25,846 nt of DNA, from positions 1 through 25,846 of IMG/VR virus record IMGVR_UViG_3300031963_000837; one strand, 5' to 3'. The stretch is from a virus (Duplodnaviria > Caudoviricetes). The position numbers were made by a program, and so were the translations under genes. The notes below the pieces were generated by a model, which was not told the DNA's origin, did not search any database, and was given only the letters and a program-made list of their open reading frames with translations. Numbering within the stretch: the first letter of the stretch is position 1; each line of letters begins with the position of its first letter. Of the stretch, positions 25,447 through 25,846 are shown piece by piece.

Positions 25447-25844
25447 CCAACTCCCATCATCATGCTCACGGCCATGTCCGCCTGTTCGGTGGTCTTGGGC
25501 AGATAGACCTCAAGGATCGCCATGCCCTCCTCGATGGTGTGGCCGGAGATCGAGCAGATGAGATGCACCGGCACCGGCGGGCGGATGACGCGGCCGGCTT
25601 CATCCTGCTGCCCTTCGGCATAATGCACGAAGCCGGAGCGGCGCATGTCGCGCAGCTGCAGGGGCGCGATGCGCTTCGCGAGATCGGGGTCGACGATCGC
25701 CGCCCGGCCCTTCAAGCGCGCCCAGGCGCGCGAGGCCGCGTCATCGGCATCCTCGAGCTCGGCCGCATCGGCGAACAAGGTGCCCGCCGGCGCTTGGCTC
25801 CTGAGCCGCTCGAGCACCGGCGCCGGCGCGCGCGTGAGGCGGAT
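25443..25844 (-). CDS. int: Tyrosine recombinase/integrase, C-terminal part (cut by window edge)
   Basis: LRDMRRS (HxxR-equivalent), ISGH and ILEVY catalytic motifs in order; frame open to the window end; next to the tRNA-derived att core. Confidence 0.82.
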   Translation of the reverse strand: MRLTRAPAPVLERLRSQAPAGTLFADAAELEDADDAASRAWARLKGRAAIVDPDLAKRIAPLQLRDMRRSGFVHYAEGQQDEAGRVIRPPVPVHLICSISGHTIEEGMAILEVYLPKTTEQADMAVSMMMGVG

Positions 25845-25846
25845 TT

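Larger units (their letters stand above)
1..25846. mobile_element. Temperate podophage (BPP-1/T7-like morphogenesis module) integrating at tRNA-Pro
   Basis: Contiguous packaging, head, short-tail, ejection, fibre and lysis genes plus att core and integrase; no tape-measure or sheath gene; no host housekeeping genes. Confidence 0.92.

Noticed and set aside
1-25846. CRISPR array, IS element or rRNA
   Set aside because: No regularly spaced repeats, transposase motifs or rRNA-like sequence observed.

Overview
The window holds a nearly complete virion-morphogenesis and lysis arm of a GC-rich temperate podophage with a BPP-1/T7-like gene order. The host is probably alphaproteobacterial (inferred). 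On the + strand the order is: terminase, portal, Bbp19-like protein, scaffold, major capsid, cement protein, tail tubular A and B, four internal (ejected) virion proteins, tail fibre, GH108 endolysin, holin-like protein, a lipoprotein, and an RcGTA-like head-spike pair. These are followed by the 3' 48 nt of a tRNA-Pro(GGG) (att core) and, on the - strand, a small gene and the C-terminus of a tyrosine integrase, which gives an attP-like junction. The most striking feature is the 1075-aa internal virion protein (13774..17001). It carries a DdrB/ParB-like domain and an internal RelA/SpoT-like synthetase domain. Immediately after that domain, an 80-aa ORF with its own GGAGG ribosome-binding site is nested antisense inside the same gene (16527..16769), which suggests a virion-injected toxin with an overprinted immunity gene. 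A candidate structured RNA precedes the capsid gene. All family assignments come from motif recognition and synteny by eye, not from database searches.
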